Of a DNA stretch of 64,000 bases, positions 9,111 through 20,920 are shown piece by piece. The stretch spans positions 1,484,684-1,548,683 of the forward strand of contig CAWCIU010000018.1 in the NCBI GenBank assembly GCA_963795735.1. Reading direction: 5' to 3'. Every line of letters starts with the position of its first letter. Within the stretch, counting starts at the first letter, position 1. Origin of the DNA: an uncultured Acidobacteriota bacterium (GTDB lineage: Bacteria; Acidobacteriota; Thermoanaerobaculia; Multivoradales; UBA5704). Position numbers and translations under genes: made by a program. Under the pieces are notes generated by a model. It worked only from the letters and a program-made list of their open reading frames with translations. It was not told the origin of the DNA and searched no databases.

Positions 9111-9944
9111 ATGGAACCGATCGAGACGACCGAGCAGACGCTCTCCTGGACCGATATCGAGGGGTTGTTGCGGGTGGAGACCGGCCGCGAGGCCCAGGGG
9201 GTCGTCCGCCGGCTGCTGTCGCGGGCGGCGCGCAATCAGCGGGAGGGCGCCGCTCCCGCCGAGCTCGCCTGGCCGTCCGAAGCACCCGATGTCCCCGACG
9301 CCTACGAAGAGCCGATCCGCAGGGCGGTCGAGACCACCCGGCGGGTGCGGGAGCAGCGGATGCAGGAGCGGCGCAACGCCGGCCGGCTGTGGGATCTTTT
9401 GGAGAGCCATCCGCCGGCGCGCCGGCGGATGCTGGTCCGCAACGACCGCCGGTTCCATACCTGGGGTCTCTACGACTGCCTGGTCGAGAGGTACCACGTG
9501 TTCCTGGAGCGAGAGCTCGCCGCGGCGACCGAATCGGCGGAGCTCGCCCTGATCGTGGCGCAGAACCTCCCGTCCGCGATCTATGGCGAGGAGCGGGTCC
9601 GCGACTTCGAAGGGGGGGCGCTGATCCTGCTGGGGCAGGCCCGCCGCGTCGGCGCCGATTTCGAGGCGGCGCGGACGGCGCTCGAGCAGGCGGAGGCGGT
9701 GCTCAAGATGGGGACGGGGGACCTGCTGGAGAGGGCCGGCCTGGAGAGCGCGCGGGCCGCGCTGCTGCGCGACCTCGGCCGGCCGGAGGAGGCCGAGCTC
9801 GCCGGACGGCGGGCGATGCGGCTGGCCCATCGCGTGGGCGGACCGCGCGACCGGACGGTGCCGCGGAGCCTGGACGACACCCACCCGGATCTCCGGCACG
9901 GCGGGCGGTTCCCGATCCCGGCGTTCCGGCCGCGGCAGCATTAG
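9111..9944 (+). CDS. Hypothetical helical/TPR-like protein, paralogue A
   Basis: GGAGG RBS; motifs HPPARRRMLVRND, WGL, YGEERVRDF, MGTGDLLE shared with 19163-19945. Confidence 0.75.
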   Translation: MEPIETTEQTLSWTDIEGLLRVETGREAQGVVRRLLSRAARNQREGAAPAELAWPSEAPDVPDAYEEPIRRAVETTRRVREQRMQERRNAGRLWDLLESHPPARRRMLVRNDRRFHTWGLYDCLVERYHVFLERELAAATESAELALIVAQNLPSAIYGEERVRDFEGGALILLGQARRVGADFEAARTALEQAEAVLKMGTGDLLERAGLESARAALLRDLGRPEEAELAGRRAMRLAHRVGGPRDRTVPRSLDDTHPDLRHGGRFPIPAFRPRQH

Positions 9945-9960
9945 CGGCATTAGCGGCATC

Positions 9961-9988
9961 AGATGTAGGGCGGCCACATGGGGCCGCC

Positions 9989-9996
<8 letters not shown>
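9961..9996. repeat. GTAG-type REP-like palindrome, probable bidirectional terminator
   Basis: Perfect 15-bp stem agatgtagggcggcc / ggccgccctacatct with 6-nt loop; overlaps the response regulator stop codon. Confidence 0.75.
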
Positions 9997-10689
<693 letters not shown>

Positions 10690-10693
<4 letters not shown>

Positions 10694-12789
10694 GCGGCTT
10701 CCTCCTCGGTCCGTTCCAGCGGCAGAACGACCCGCATGCGCGTCCCCCGGCCGCCGTTCCCCGGCCCCGCCTCGATGCCCCCGCCGTGCCGTTCGACGAT
10801 CGAGCGGACGATCCAGAGCCCCAGCCCCATGCCGCCCGTCTCCGGCTCCCCTCCTTCGGTCGGTTCGCCATCGCCGGCAACCCGGACGAAGCGGTCGAAC
10901 AGCGCTCCGCCGCCGGCCCCGCCACCCGGCAGCCCGGGCCCCTCGTCCTCCACCCAGAGGGCGATCCGGCCCCCCTCCACCACGCCGCCCACGCGCACCA
11001 CGGATTGGGGCGGCGCGAACTTGTTGGCGTTGGCGAGCAGGTTGACGAACACCTGGGTCAGACGCGGGGCGTCGCCGCGGACTGGCGGCAGCGGATAGGG
11101 CAGCTCGACCTCTACCGTCTGCCCGCGCTGGGCGAGGAGCGGCGCGGTCATCTCCACCGCCTCCTCCACCACCTCGTCCAGGGCCACCGGCCGGGTGCGG
11201 ATCGAATCCTGCCCGGACTCGATCCGCACGCTCTCCAGCAGGTTGTCGATGAGCTGGGTCAGCCGCAGGCTCCCTCGCTCCAGAGAGAGGACGAGGCCGT
11301 GCGCCTGTGGATCGAGGCCCCGCGGATCCTGGAGCAGGCGCTCGCGCAGCAGCTCGATCGAGGCGAGTTGGGCGGAGAGCGGGGTGCGGAACTCGTGGGA
11401 GATGTTGGCGAGCACGGCGTCGCGCTGACGCCGGGCGGCCTCGACGTCCGTCTCGTCGCGCAGCACCTGGAACTGCTGGTCCTCGGTGGGCGGAGCGCTG
11501 GTGATCACCACCACCCGGCGGGTGCCGTCCGGCCGCAACAGGTGCTCGGCGGCGGTGGCACCGCCGCGAAAGCGGGCGTGGACGATCGGGCAGCTCTCGT
11601 CGCAGGGCCGCGAGCCGTCTTTCCCCCGCGGGTTGAGCACGTCGCCGCAGAAGCGGCCGATCGCCGCCTCCGGCTGGACGCCGAGCAGCGCCGCTGCCTG
11701 CGGGTTGAGGTACTGGATGCGGCGGTCGCGGTCGACGCTGAACACCCCCTCGACGATGCCGGTGAGGATCGCCTCCCCCTCGGCCTGCCGGCGGCGCAGC
11801 TCGGAGGTGAGCTGGAGCAGGCGGCGGCGCATCTCCTCCATGGTGGCGGCCAGGGAGCCGAGCTCGGCGCCCGGGGCCCGCGGCGTCGGGGTCGAAAGGT
11901 CGCCGCGGCCGATCCGCGCCGCCGAGGCGGTGAGCGCCTGGACGGGGCGGGTCAGCCGCCGGCTGATCAGCAGCCCGGAAACGGTCGCCAGAGCCGCCAC
12001 CAGCAGCGAGAGGAGGAGCAGCTCGCGCGACAGCCGCGCCAGGGAAGAGGCCACCGCGCCGCGCGGCAGGGAGGTCTCGACCAGCGCCGCGGTCCCGCCG
12101 GAGGGGGCGCGCAGCGGGCGGACCGAGACGTAGAGCCCGGCGCTCTTCAGCTTCCCGGAGCCCGGCCTGCCCGTCGCCTGGACCTCGGCCCGTAGCCGCA
12201 GGAGCGGATTCCCGGCGTCCGCGAGCGCTCTCTCGGGATCGAGAATCCTGACGGGGAGGCCAACCTGGCCCGCGATCTGGCGGGCGAAGCCGGGGTCGAG
12301 CGCCAGAGCGGCCGCGGCGCTGGCGTCCGGAGTGCTGGCGAGCGGCAGGGACGATCCGAGCAGGAGGAGGCCACCCGGCAGCCGCGCGATGCCCGGGCCT
12401 TCGGCGCCGTGCAGCACCTCGCCCCAGGGAATCGGGGCGCCCCCGGAAGCCACCAGCTTTCCCTTGGAGAAGATGGCGACGCCAGAGAGCGAGCTGGTCT
12501 GCCGGAAGCGGTCGAGGAAGGCGGCGAGGCCGGCGGCGTCCCCGCCTTCCACCAGGCGCTTGACCGTGGGACGCTCCGCCAGCAGGTGGACCGACGTCCG
12601 CACATCGCGGGCCGAGCGCTCGACCGCCTCCTGGGCCGCGGCCCCCGCGAGGTTGACCCGCGCCAGCCCCTGCTCGTCCGCGAATCGTTCGATCAGCCCC
12701 AGCGCCGACACGGCGACCCCGATCACCGCCAGCAGGACGAGCCCGGCGTTGAGACCGATCAGGAGGGTGCCGAAGGAGAGGCGTCGCAT
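10690..12789 (-). CDS. Membrane sensor histidine kinase (HAMP-PAS-HisKA-HATPase)
   Basis: Two TM segments, HAMP, PAS with C-x14-C-x3-C, H-box SHEFRTPL, N-box NLLANANKF, DEGPG, GMGLGL. Confidence 0.92.
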
Positions 12790-12816
12790 GGGATTGGAAA
12801 GGTTAGCATTCCTCCC

Positions 12817-13686
12817 CTACCCCCCCGTCCGCCACTCGATCACGCTCTTGATCGCGAGCGTCACCAGGGCGAGCAGGGCGAGGAGCGACGCCACGGCGAA
12901 GGCGGCGGAGAACTGGTACTCGTTGTAGAGGATCTCGACGTGCAGGGGCATGGTGTTGGTCAGCCCCCGCACGTGGCCGGAGACGACCGAGACGGCGCCG
13001 AACTCCCCCATCGCCCGGGCGTTGCAGAGCACCACGCCGTAGAGCAGCCCCCAGCGGATCTTCGGCAGGCTCACCCGGAAGAAGGTCTGGAGACCGGAGG
13101 CCCCGAGCGTCAGCGCCGCCTCCTCCTCGTCGTTGCCCTGCGACTGCATCAGCGGGATCAGCTCGCGCGCCACCATCGGCGAGGTCACGAACATCGTCGC
13201 CAGCACGATGCCCGGCACGGCGAAGATGATCTTGATGTCGTGCGCCGCGAGCCACGGCCCGAAGAAGCCATGGGCGCCGAAGAGCAGCACGTAGATCATC
13301 CCCGAGATCACCGGCGAGACGCTGAACGGCAGGTCGATGAAAGTGATCAGCAGGTTCTTGCCCGGGAAGCGGAACTTGGAGATCGACCACGCCGCGGCGA
13401 GGCCGAAGAGGAGGTTGACCGGCACGGCGATCGCCGCCGCGGTCAGCGTCAGGCGCACGGCGGCGAGCGCCACCGGATCCCGGATCGCCGCGAAGTAGGC
13501 CCCGAAGCCGTCCGCCAGCGCCTTGGCGAAGACCAGCGCCAGCGGAATGAAGAGGAAGAAGCCGAGGAACGTGAGCGCGATCCCCAGGAGAAGCCAGCGG
13601 ACGAGCCGGGGCTCGGAGACGGCGGAGGCCCCCCGCCGCTCCGCCGGGCGCTCTTTCCGTTGAAACGCCGCGACCGCGCCGGCCAT
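12817..13686 (-). CDS. cysW: Sulfate ABC permease CysW
   Basis: [53 protein letters not shown]. Confidence 0.95.
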   Translation of the reverse strand: MAGAVAAFQRKERPAERRGASAVSEPRLVRWLLLGIALTFLGFFLFIPLALVFAKALADGFGAYFAAIRDPVALAAVRLTLTAAAIAVPVNLLFGLAAAWSISKFRFPGKNLLITFIDLPFSVSPVISGMIYVLLFGAHGFFGPWLAAHDIKIIFAVPGIVLATMFVTSPMVARELIPLMQSQGNDEEEAALTLGASGLQTFFRVSLPKIRWGLLYGVVLCNARAMGEFGAVSVVSGHVRGLTNTMPLHVEILYNEYQFSAAFAVASLLALLALVTLAIKSVIEWRTGG

Positions 13687-14610
13687 CTAGGAATCCTCCT
13701 CGGCGGAGCGCAGCCGCCGGCCGCGGCGCCAGGCCAGGAAGTTGATCAGCAGCAGGAGCCCGAACGAGGCGACCAGGAAGACCAGCGCCACCGCCGTGGC
13801 CCCCGCGTAGTCGTACTGCTCGAGCTTGATCATGATCAGCAGCGGCACGATCTCCGACTTCATCGGCATATTGCCGGCAATGAAGATCACCGAGCCGTAC
13901 TCGCCCAGGGCGCGCGCGAAGGCGAGCACGAAGCCGGTCATCGCGGCCGGCACCAGCTCCGGGAAGATCACCCGCCGGAAGGTCTGCCAGCGCCCGGCCC
14001 CCAGGCTCGCCGCGGCCTCCTCCACCTCCGGGTCGAGGCCGGCGAGCACCGGCTGCACCGTGCGCACCACGAACGGCAGGCCGATGAAGGTGAGGGCGAT
14101 CACGATCCCCAGGCGGGTGTAGGCCACCTCGACCCCCAGCGGCGCGAGCCAGCGGCCGATCCAGCCGTTCCTGGCATAGAGGGTGGCGAGGGCGATGCCG
14201 GCCACCGCCGTGGGCAGCGCGAACGGCAGGTCCACCAGGGCGTCGACCAGCCGCCGGCCCGGGAAGGTGTAGCGCTCGAGCACCCAGGCGACCAGCAGGC
14301 CGAAGAGGGCGTTGAGCGAGGCGGCGAGGAACGCGGCCCCCAGGCTTAGCCGGTAGGCCGCCAGCGCCCGGGGCCCCGAGACGTCCGCCCAGAACACCGA
14401 CCAGGGGAGCGTCGCCGACTTCAGGAAGACGGTCGACAGCGGGATCAGGATCATCAGACCGAGATAGAGCAGCGTGAAGCCGAGCGAGAGCCCGAAGCCG
14501 GGGAGGACGCTGCCCCCCCGCAGCCGCTGCCGGCGCCGCGCCGAGACCGGCAACGGCGCGGGCAGGCTCGTCACCGGCTCCTCCACCATTTCCACCTCGG
14601 CCTCCTTCAC
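13687..14610 (-). CDS. cysT: Sulfate ABC permease CysT
   Basis: VLPGFGL, DLPFALPTAVAG, EEAAASLGA, GEYGSVIFIAGNMP, KLEQYDY; exact start uncertain. Confidence 0.94.
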   Translation of the reverse strand: MKEAEVEMVEEPVTSLPAPLPVSARRRQRLRGGSVLPGFGLSLGFTLLYLGLMILIPLSTVFLKSATLPWSVFWADVSGPRALAAYRLSLGAAFLAASLNALFGLLVAWVLERYTFPGRRLVDALVDLPFALPTAVAGIALATLYARNGWIGRWLAPLGVEVAYTRLGIVIALTFIGLPFVVRTVQPVLAGLDPEVEEAAASLGAGRWQTFRRVIFPELVPAAMTGFVLAFARALGEYGSVIFIAGNMPMKSEIVPLLIMIKLEQYDYAGATAVALVFLVASFGLLLLINFLAWRRGRRLRSAEEDS

Positions 14611-15630
14611 CTACCGCCCGGCCCCGTAGATCTGATCGAAGACGCCGCCGTCATCGAAGTGGGTCTTCTGCGCCTTGCTCCAGCCGCCGAAGACCTGGTC
14701 GACCGTGAACAGTTGCAGCTTCGGGAACTGCGCCGCGTACTTTGCGGCGACCGCCTCGTTGCGCGGCCGGTAGTAGTGCCTGGCCGCGATCTCCTGTCCC
14801 TCGGAGGTGTAGAGGAACTGGAGGTAGGCGGTGGCGACCTGGGTGGTCTTGTGCCTGGCGGCCACCTTGTCCACCACGGTGACCGGCGGCTCGGCGAGCA
14901 CGCTGACCGACGGCGCCACGATCTGGAAATCCCCCTTGGCGCCCATCGCTCCCTTGACCGCGAGCAGCGCCTCGTTCTCCCAGGCGATCAGCACGTCGCC
15001 GATGCCGCGCTCGACGAAGGTCACGGTGGAGCCGCGGGCCCCGGTGTCGAGGACCGGCACGTTCTTGTAGATCCGCGAGACGAAGTCCTTGGCCTTGTTG
15101 GGATCATTGCCGAATTTGCGCAGGGCGTATCCCCAGGCCGCGAGGTAGTTCCAGCGCGCGCCGCCGGAGGTCTTCGGATTGGGCGTGATCACCGCGACGC
15201 CGGGGCGGGTGAGGTCGTCCCAGTCGCGGATCTTCTTGGGGTACCCCTTGCGTACCAGGAAGACGATCGTCGAGGTATAGGGGCAACTGTTGTTGGGCAG
15301 GCGCGTCTGCCAGTGCCTGGGCGCCAACCCGGAGCCGGCGACGGCATCCACGTCGTAGGCGAGCGCCAGGGTCACCACGTCGGCCTCGAGGCCGTCGATG
15401 ACCGAGCGGGCTTGCTTGCCCGAGCCGCCGTGCGACTGCTGGACGGAGACGTCCTGGCCGGTCTTCGTCTTCCAGGCCCTGGCGAAGGCGCCGTTGACGT
15501 CCTGGTAGAGCTCGCGGGTTGGGTCGTAGGAGACGTTGAGCAGCTTGATTGCCCCGGCATGTGCCGCCTGCACGGAACCCGCGAGCAGGAGGGAGAACCC
15601 GAGCGCGGGAAGAAAGCTTCGGTATCCCAT
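14611..15630 (-). CDS. sbp: Sulfate-binding periplasmic protein
   Basis: [47 protein letters not shown]. Confidence 0.96.
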   Translation of the reverse strand: MGYRSFLPALGFSLLLAGSVQAAHAGAIKLLNVSYDPTRELYQDVNGAFARAWKTKTGQDVSVQQSHGGSGKQARSVIDGLEADVVTLALAYDVDAVAGSGLAPRHWQTRLPNNSCPYTSTIVFLVRKGYPKKIRDWDDLTRPGVAVITPNPKTSGGARWNYLAAWGYALRKFGNDPNKAKDFVSRIYKNVPVLDTGARGSTVTFVERGIGDVLIAWENEALLAVKGAMGAKGDFQIVAPSVSVLAEPPVTVVDKVAARHKTTQVATAYLQFLYTSEGQEIAARHYYRPRNEAVAAKYAAQFPKLQLFTVDQVFGGWSKAQKTHFDDGGVFDQIYGAGR

Positions 15631-15643
15631 GATGTCCTCTCGT

Positions 15644-17062
15644 TCAGAAAGAGATCTGGAAACGGCTGAAGAAGATGTTCTCGTCCTCGCGGTCGCCGGT
15701 CGCGGCGCCGCCCTGGAATTTGGTGGTCTCGTAGTCGAAGAGCAGCCGCAGGTTCCTGTTGAGGTACCAGTTGAGGCCCGCCGCCCAGGCCCTGGCCGAG
15801 CGCGCGGAGCTCGTCGGGCTGGCGAAGGTCGGGAAAGTGGCGTCGTCGAGCTTCAGCTCGCTATAGCGGGCGGCGATCTCGAAGGCCCCCCAGGTGTGGG
15901 CCGCCGGATCGAACACCGCCTTGGGGACGACGCCGCGGAAGGAGGGCTGGCCGCCGGCGATCACCCAGGAGCCCGCCACCTGCCAGGACTTGTGCTCGAG
16001 CCGGGCGGCGACGGCATCGCGCCGCACCTCCTGGCGGGAGATCACGTATTCGCCCAGCACACCGAAGGGGCCGCTGTAGAAGTACCCCTGGGGGGAGAGG
16101 CGGAAGCGAGCGCCGTCGGCGATCGTGGTGCCCGCGGCGGTGGCGTCCGAGCGGTAGGAGAAGAAGCTCTGCTGGCCCGGCGTCTTGTAGGGCGCCAGGT
16201 TGGGAGAGGTGGGCGTGCCGTTCTGGTTTCCCTGGCTCGCCGAGAGGCCGAAGCCGAGGTTCTTGAGCGGCCCCGAGCCGGTGACGAACGGCTGGAAGAA
16301 GAGGCGGCCGGCGACGTCCTTGCCGTTGTTGGTGTCGGTGTCGGCGCTGCTGCCGTCGGGCACGCCGTTGAAGACGCCGAGAGCGTAGCCCACCACGCCG
16401 CCGGCGAGGTCGCCGCCGATCTGCACGCCGAGGTCGCGGTTGGGCACCAGGTTGGTCGGCAGGGCGCGCTCGACGAACAGCAGGTCGGTGGCCGATTGCA
16501 GGCGCTCGAGGCCGACCGGCGGCTTGAACTTGCCGGCGCGGACGCGGAAGGCGGGGTTGAAGCGCCCCTCCAGGTAGGCGTCCTGGAGCACGGTCGTGCC
16601 ACCGCCGAAGTCGGGCATGACGCGGAAGTCGAAGATCTTGTAGACCGTCCCCTCGAAGATCGGCCGCACCCGGCGCAGCAGGAAAGTGTCGACCTGCGGC
16701 TTCTGCTCGTCGTTGACCCAGAAGCGGCCGTCGAGCTGGACGTAGCCGCGGACCTTGAGCACGAAGTCGCCGTCGCCGGACCTGAGCGAGAAGCCGTCGA
16801 GCCCCGCGGTCGCCCGGCCCGAGGCCTTCGCCTTCTCGGCGGCGGCCTCCTTGTCGATCTCGATCTTGCGGTCGAGGACGCGGATCTTCTGGTCGAGCTC
16901 CCGGAGCTTCTCGTCCACCGACTGCGGGGTCTGTGGGGCATCCTGCGGCTGGGCCTCGGTCGACGGCGGCTGCTGCTGGGCATCCTGAGCCCGGACGACC
17001 GCCGGCAGCGCCAGCAGGCCGCAACACAGCCAGATCGAAACGTTCTTCATCGGAATCTCCAA
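15644..17062 (-). CDS. OprO/OprP-family anion-selective porin
   Basis: Signal peptide, coiled segment, [26 protein letters not shown], terminal RFQISF. Confidence 0.88.
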   Translation of the reverse strand: MEIPMKNVSIWLCCGLLALPAVVRAQDAQQQPPSTEAQPQDAPQTPQSVDEKLRELDQKIRVLDRKIEIDKEAAAEKAKASGRATAGLDGFSLRSGDGDFVLKVRGYVQLDGRFWVNDEQKPQVDTFLLRRVRPIFEGTVYKIFDFRVMPDFGGGTTVLQDAYLEGRFNPAFRVRAGKFKPPVGLERLQSATDLLFVERALPTNLVPNRDLGVQIGGDLAGGVVGYALGVFNGVPDGSSADTDTNNGKDVAGRLFFQPFVTGSGPLKNLGFGLSASQGNQNGTPTSPNLAPYKTPGQQSFFSYRSDATAAGTTIADGARFRLSPQGYFYSGPFGVLGEYVISRQEVRRDAVAARLEHKSWQVAGSWVIAGGQPSFRGVVPKAVFDPAAHTWGAFEIAARYSELKLDDATFPTFASPTSSARSARAWAAGLNWYLNRNLRLLFDYETTKFQGGAATGDREDENIFFSRFQISF

Positions 17063-17078
17063 AGTTCAGGGTGAAGGC

Positions 17079-18977
17079 TCATGACGCCGCCTCCGGCGAG
17101 CGCACGATGAGCACGGGAAGATGGGCCACCGCGGGCAGCAGCCGGCCGACGAAGCCGCCGAGCTCGATCCGCCCGTCGCGCCCGGGCAGCGGCGCCCCCA
17201 GCACCAGCAGGTCGTGCTCCCCTTCGGCGAGCTGGGCGAGGATCTCCTCCCGCACGGCGCCGTGGCGGATGCGGGTGGTCACCGGCACGCCTATGCGGCG
17301 GAGCGTGCGGGCGCTGCCGGCCAGGAAGCGCTCGGCCTGGGCCGCCGCCTGCGCGCCGCGGGCCGTCTCCGGAGGCTCCGGGATCACGGTGAGGATCGTC
17401 GCCTCGGCCCCCAGGTGACGGGCCAGGCGGCCGGTGAAGGAAACGTCCTCCTTGCCGGGCTCGCCAACGGCGACGCAGATCAGCAGCCGGGCCGGGGCGG
17501 TGACCGCGGCGACCGCGCCCTCCGCCGGCGCCAGCAGCAGGTGGTGCTGCCCGGCGGCAAGCACCCGCTCGGCCACCTCGAGGCCGTCGCGCGGGGGGAG
17601 CGAGAGGATCACCAGGTCGCATGGGCGGCGGAAGACCTCCTCGGCGACCGCCTCCGCGGGCGCCTCGGCGGTCAGGCGCGTATCGAGGGCGGCGAGGCCC
17701 GAGCCGAGCAGCTCCCGCGCCTCCTGGAGCGCGCGCTCGCCGGCGTCGTCCGCCGTGGCCGGCCCCACCACGGCGACGCGGGCATGGGCCCGGCGGGCGA
17801 TCTCGCCACCCAGCGCCAGGGCCGCCCGTGAACGCGCCGAGCCGCTGGTGAGGAGCAGGAAGCGCAGCCCCGGATGCACCAGGGCGTGCACCCGCTGCAC
17901 CCCCACCCAGGTGGAATCCCCCGGACGCAGCGGGAACCGCCGCGCCTGGTCCTGCGAGCGGGTGGCCTCCACCCAGACCTCGTCGCGGCCGAAGGGGACC
18001 GGCGGGGCGATGGCCCGCACGCCGGGAAGGGGCGGCAGCCGCAGCCGCAGCCGCTCGAAGGAGCCGACGAACGAGCGCTGCTCGACCACGGCCTCGCCCA
18101 GCAGCGGGCAGGAGAGGCCCTCTGCCGTGTCGCGCACGGCGACGTCCTCGGGACGGAAGAGGACCTGGACCCGGCGAGGGGCTTCCGCCGGCTCGGTCCG
18201 GATGCCCAACGGGAACTGGACCGGCCCCAGGCGCACCCCGTCCGCCGTGGCCTCCCCCACCATCAGGTTGGCGGTGCCGAGGAAGGTGGCGACGAACTCG
18301 GTCTCCGGGCGCAGGTAGAGCTCGTCCGGCGGCCCCACCTCGAGCAGGCGGCCGAAGCTGAGCACCGCCAGGCGGTCCGCCAGCTCGAAGGCCTCCTCCT
18401 GGTCGTGGGTGACGAAGACGGTGGTGATGTCCAGCTCGCGCTGGATCTCCCGGATGGTGCGCCGCAGCTCGATGCGCACCTTGGCGTCGAGCGCGCCGAA
18501 CGGCTCGTCGAGCAGCAGCACCTCCGGCTGGTGGGCGAGCGCCCGCGCCAGGGCGACCCGCTGCTGCTGGCCGCCGGAGAGCTGGCGCGGCATGCGGCCG
18601 CCGAGCCCCGACAGTCCCACCAGCTCCAGCAGCTCGTCGCGCCGGCGCCGGCGCTGGTCCGCCGCCACGCCGCGCACCGCCAGCGCGAACTCCACGTTCT
18701 CCGCCACCGACATGCCGCGGAACAGGGCGTAGCTCTGGAAGACGAACCCCACCCCGCGCCGCGCCGGCGGCAGGTCGGTGACGTCCCGGCCATGCAGCAG
18801 CACCCGCCCGGCGTCGACCTCGGAGAGCCCGGCGATCATGCGCAGCAGCGTGCTCTTGCCGCTCCCCGAGGAGCCGAGGAGGACGAACAGCTCGCCGTCG
18901 GCGATCTCCAGCGACACGGCATTTACCACCGGGTGCCCGCCGTACCGCTTGGTCAGCTCCTCGATGACGATCGACAT
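17079..18977 (-). CDS. cysA: CysA-type ABC ATPase fused to two universal stress protein domains
   Basis: Walker A GSSGSGKS, LSGGQQQR, LLLDEPFGALD, VTHDQEEA; C-terminal ~270 aa has USP hallmarks (IRHGAVREEIL, HDLLVLGA, PVLIVR). Confidence 0.88.
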   Translation of the reverse strand: MSIVIEELTKRYGGHPVVNAVSLEIADGELFVLLGSSGSGKSTLLRMIAGLSEVDAGRVLLHGRDVTDLPPARRGVGFVFQSYALFRGMSVAENVEFALAVRGVAADQRRRRRDELLELVGLSGLGGRMPRQLSGGQQQRVALARALAHQPEVLLLDEPFGALDAKVRIELRRTIREIQRELDITTVFVTHDQEEAFELADRLAVLSFGRLLEVGPPDELYLRPETEFVATFLGTANLMVGEATADGVRLGPVQFPLGIRTEPAEAPRRVQVLFRPEDVAVRDTAEGLSCPLLGEAVVEQRSFVGSFERLRLRLPPLPGVRAIAPPVPFGRDEVWVEATRSQDQARRFPLRPGDSTWVGVQRVHALVHPGLRFLLLTSGSARSRAALALGGEIARRAHARVAVVGPATADDAGERALQEARELLGSGLAALDTRLTAEAPAEAVAEEVFRRPCDLVILSLPPRDGLEVAERVLAAGQHHLLLAPAEGAVAAVTAPARLLICVAVGEPGKEDVSFTGRLARHLGAEATILTVIPEPPETARGAQAAAQAERFLAGSARTLRRIGVPVTTRIRHGAVREEILAQLAEGEHDLLVLGAPLPGRDGRIELGGFVGRLLPAVAHLPVLIVRSPEAAS

Positions 18978-18985
18978 GGAGGGCG

Positions 18986-19030
18986 AGTATGGGAACCGGG
19001 GGTGACACTGTCAGTCGAAAGGCGGTGACA
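18986..19030 (-). promoter_or_regulatory. Pho-box-like TGTCA repeats plus -10 element upstream of cysA
   Basis: Minus strand TGTCAC at 19030-19025 and 19007-19002; palindrome TGACACTGTCA at 19003-19013; CATACT 10 nt after the proximal box and 8 nt before the ATG; no SD. Confidence 0.45.
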
Positions 19031-19162
19031 AAAAGCGCTGCTCTTGGAACCTCCTTCAGGCAGAGATGCAGTCTCGACTATTTTCTTGTCCCCTTTTTGG
19101 TGCCCTGCGGCAACTTATTCTTTGAAGGGCGTTTTTGCATTGACTTGCAGGAGGAGTTGAGA

Positions 19163-19945
19163 GTGGAGGACAAGATTCGGCAGGAAGAGCGCTTCCTCAG
19201 GGCCAGGCTTTCCAGGGAAGACAACCAGAACGTGGTGCGCCGGCTGCTGGCCGGCACGCCGCGGCGCTCGCAACCGGACCGCAGGAACTTCGGGGCGGAC
19301 GAAGCCGCCCTTTATGACGAGGCTTTCCGCAAGACCGAGCGCTGCCTCGCCTCGGCCAGCGAGAGAATCCAGCGCGAGCGGCAGCTCGCGGCCGCCCAGT
19401 GGGCCACCCTGGAGGGCCACCCGCCCACCCGGAGGCTGGTGATGGTGCGCAACGACGCGCGCCTGCACCACTGGGGGCTGTTCGACCGGCTGCTGGCGAA
19501 GAGCCGCGAGGCCGCGGAGGGCGACGGGGCGGCCGCCGTTGTAGATCTTGCCGAGCTGGCGCTCGCCGTGGCCGAGCGGCTCGATCCGGAGGTCTATGGC
19601 GAGGAGCGCGCCTGCGACTTCAAGACCGAAGCCCTCGCCGTCCTGGGGGACGCCCGCCGGCTCGCCGGCGACTTCGCCGGTGCCCGCCTGGCCTTCAGCC
19701 AGGCCCGCATCCACCTGGAGATGGGCACTGGGGACCTGCTCGAGGAGGCCGGCCTGCTCGGCGGCCTGGTCAAGCTGCTCTGCGACCTCGGCGAGTACGA
19801 GAAGGCCGGCCGGTCGCTCCAGCGCGCCGGCGCCCTCTATCACCGGATGGGCGATCACCACCTCGACGGGATGGCCCTCGTCCAGCCGGAGAAAGAAGGG
19901 GAGAGGGAGAAGGAAGCGGGCGAGCGGCAGGGCGCGACCGGGTAG
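19163..19945 (+). CDS. Hypothetical helical/TPR-like protein, paralogue B
   Basis: GTG start after GGAGGAG; HPPTRRLVMVRND, HWGL, YGEERACDF, MGTGDLLE. Confidence 0.75.
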   Translation: MEDKIRQEERFLRARLSREDNQNVVRRLLAGTPRRSQPDRRNFGADEAALYDEAFRKTERCLASASERIQRERQLAAAQWATLEGHPPTRRLVMVRNDARLHHWGLFDRLLAKSREAAEGDGAAAVVDLAELALAVAERLDPEVYGEERACDFKTEALAVLGDARRLAGDFAGARLAFSQARIHLEMGTGDLLEEAGLLGGLVKLLCDLGEYEKAGRSLQRAGALYHRMGDHHLDGMALVQPEKEGEREKEAGERQGATG

Positions 19946-19998
19946 ACGGCAGGCCTCCGGTGATCTTCGGCAAAGGGTGGCGGTATAAACTCCCGCCC

Positions 19999-20920
19999 AT
20001 GCGCCTCGCTCTGCTTCCCCTGCTTGCCATCTTCCTGCTGGCCATCGCCCTCCCCGGCTGCGTCTCCCTGCGCTCGTTCGAGGAGGTCCGCCGCTCGCTC
20101 CCCGCCGACCGCTTCGTCCGCGTCGGCGACCAGCTCGTGCACGTCGAGCAGGCGGGATCGGGCGAGCCGGTGGTGCTGATCCACGGCTTCGGCGCCTCCA
20201 CCTACTCGTGGCGCAAGGTGATGCCGGCGCTCGCCGTCTCCCACCGGGTGGTGGCGATCGACCTCAACGGCTTCGGCTACACCCAGCGGCCCACCTCCCG
20301 CGCCAGCTACACGCGGGAGGCTCAAGGCCGGCTGGTGCTGGGCACCCTGGACGCGCTGGGGATCGACCGCGCCCACATCGTCGGCCACTCCTACGGCGGC
20401 GGCCTCACCCTGTACCTCGCCTCGCGCCATCCCGAGCGCTTCCGCACCATGGTGCTGGTGGACAGCTCCGCCCCCACCTACGCCAACGACCGGCGCAGCC
20501 GCGCCGCCGCGCTACGCCCGCTGGACATCCTGTTCGTGCGCTCGGTGGTGCTACGCCCGGGGATGGTCCGCAAGGGGCTGCTGCGCTCCTACTACGACGA
20601 CTCGCTGGTCACCCCGGAAGCTCGTCCAGGCCTACCTCGACCGCCTGGCGGTCGAGGGGGTGGGAAACGCCTTCTACGGCCTGACCGCCCCGGCTCCCCC
20701 GGGCGAGCCGGTGGAGCTCGAGAAGATCGAGGTCCCCTCGCTGGTGATCTGGGGCGCCCACGACGAGCTGATCTCGCCGGAGACGGGCCGGCGGGCGGCG
20801 GCGCGGCTGCCGCACGCCGAGTTCGTCCTCTTCGACAGGAGCGGCCATCTCCCCATGGAGGAGGAGCCGGAGGCGTTCCTGCGCACCGTCCTCCCCTTCC
20901 TGGAACGGCACCGCGGCTGA
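19999..20920 (+). CDS. Alpha/beta hydrolase, probable lipoprotein (frameshift ~20618)
   Basis: LPGC lipobox, LIHGFG, nucleophile GHSYGG; second frame WGAHDELI and GHLPMEE. Confidence 0.85.
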
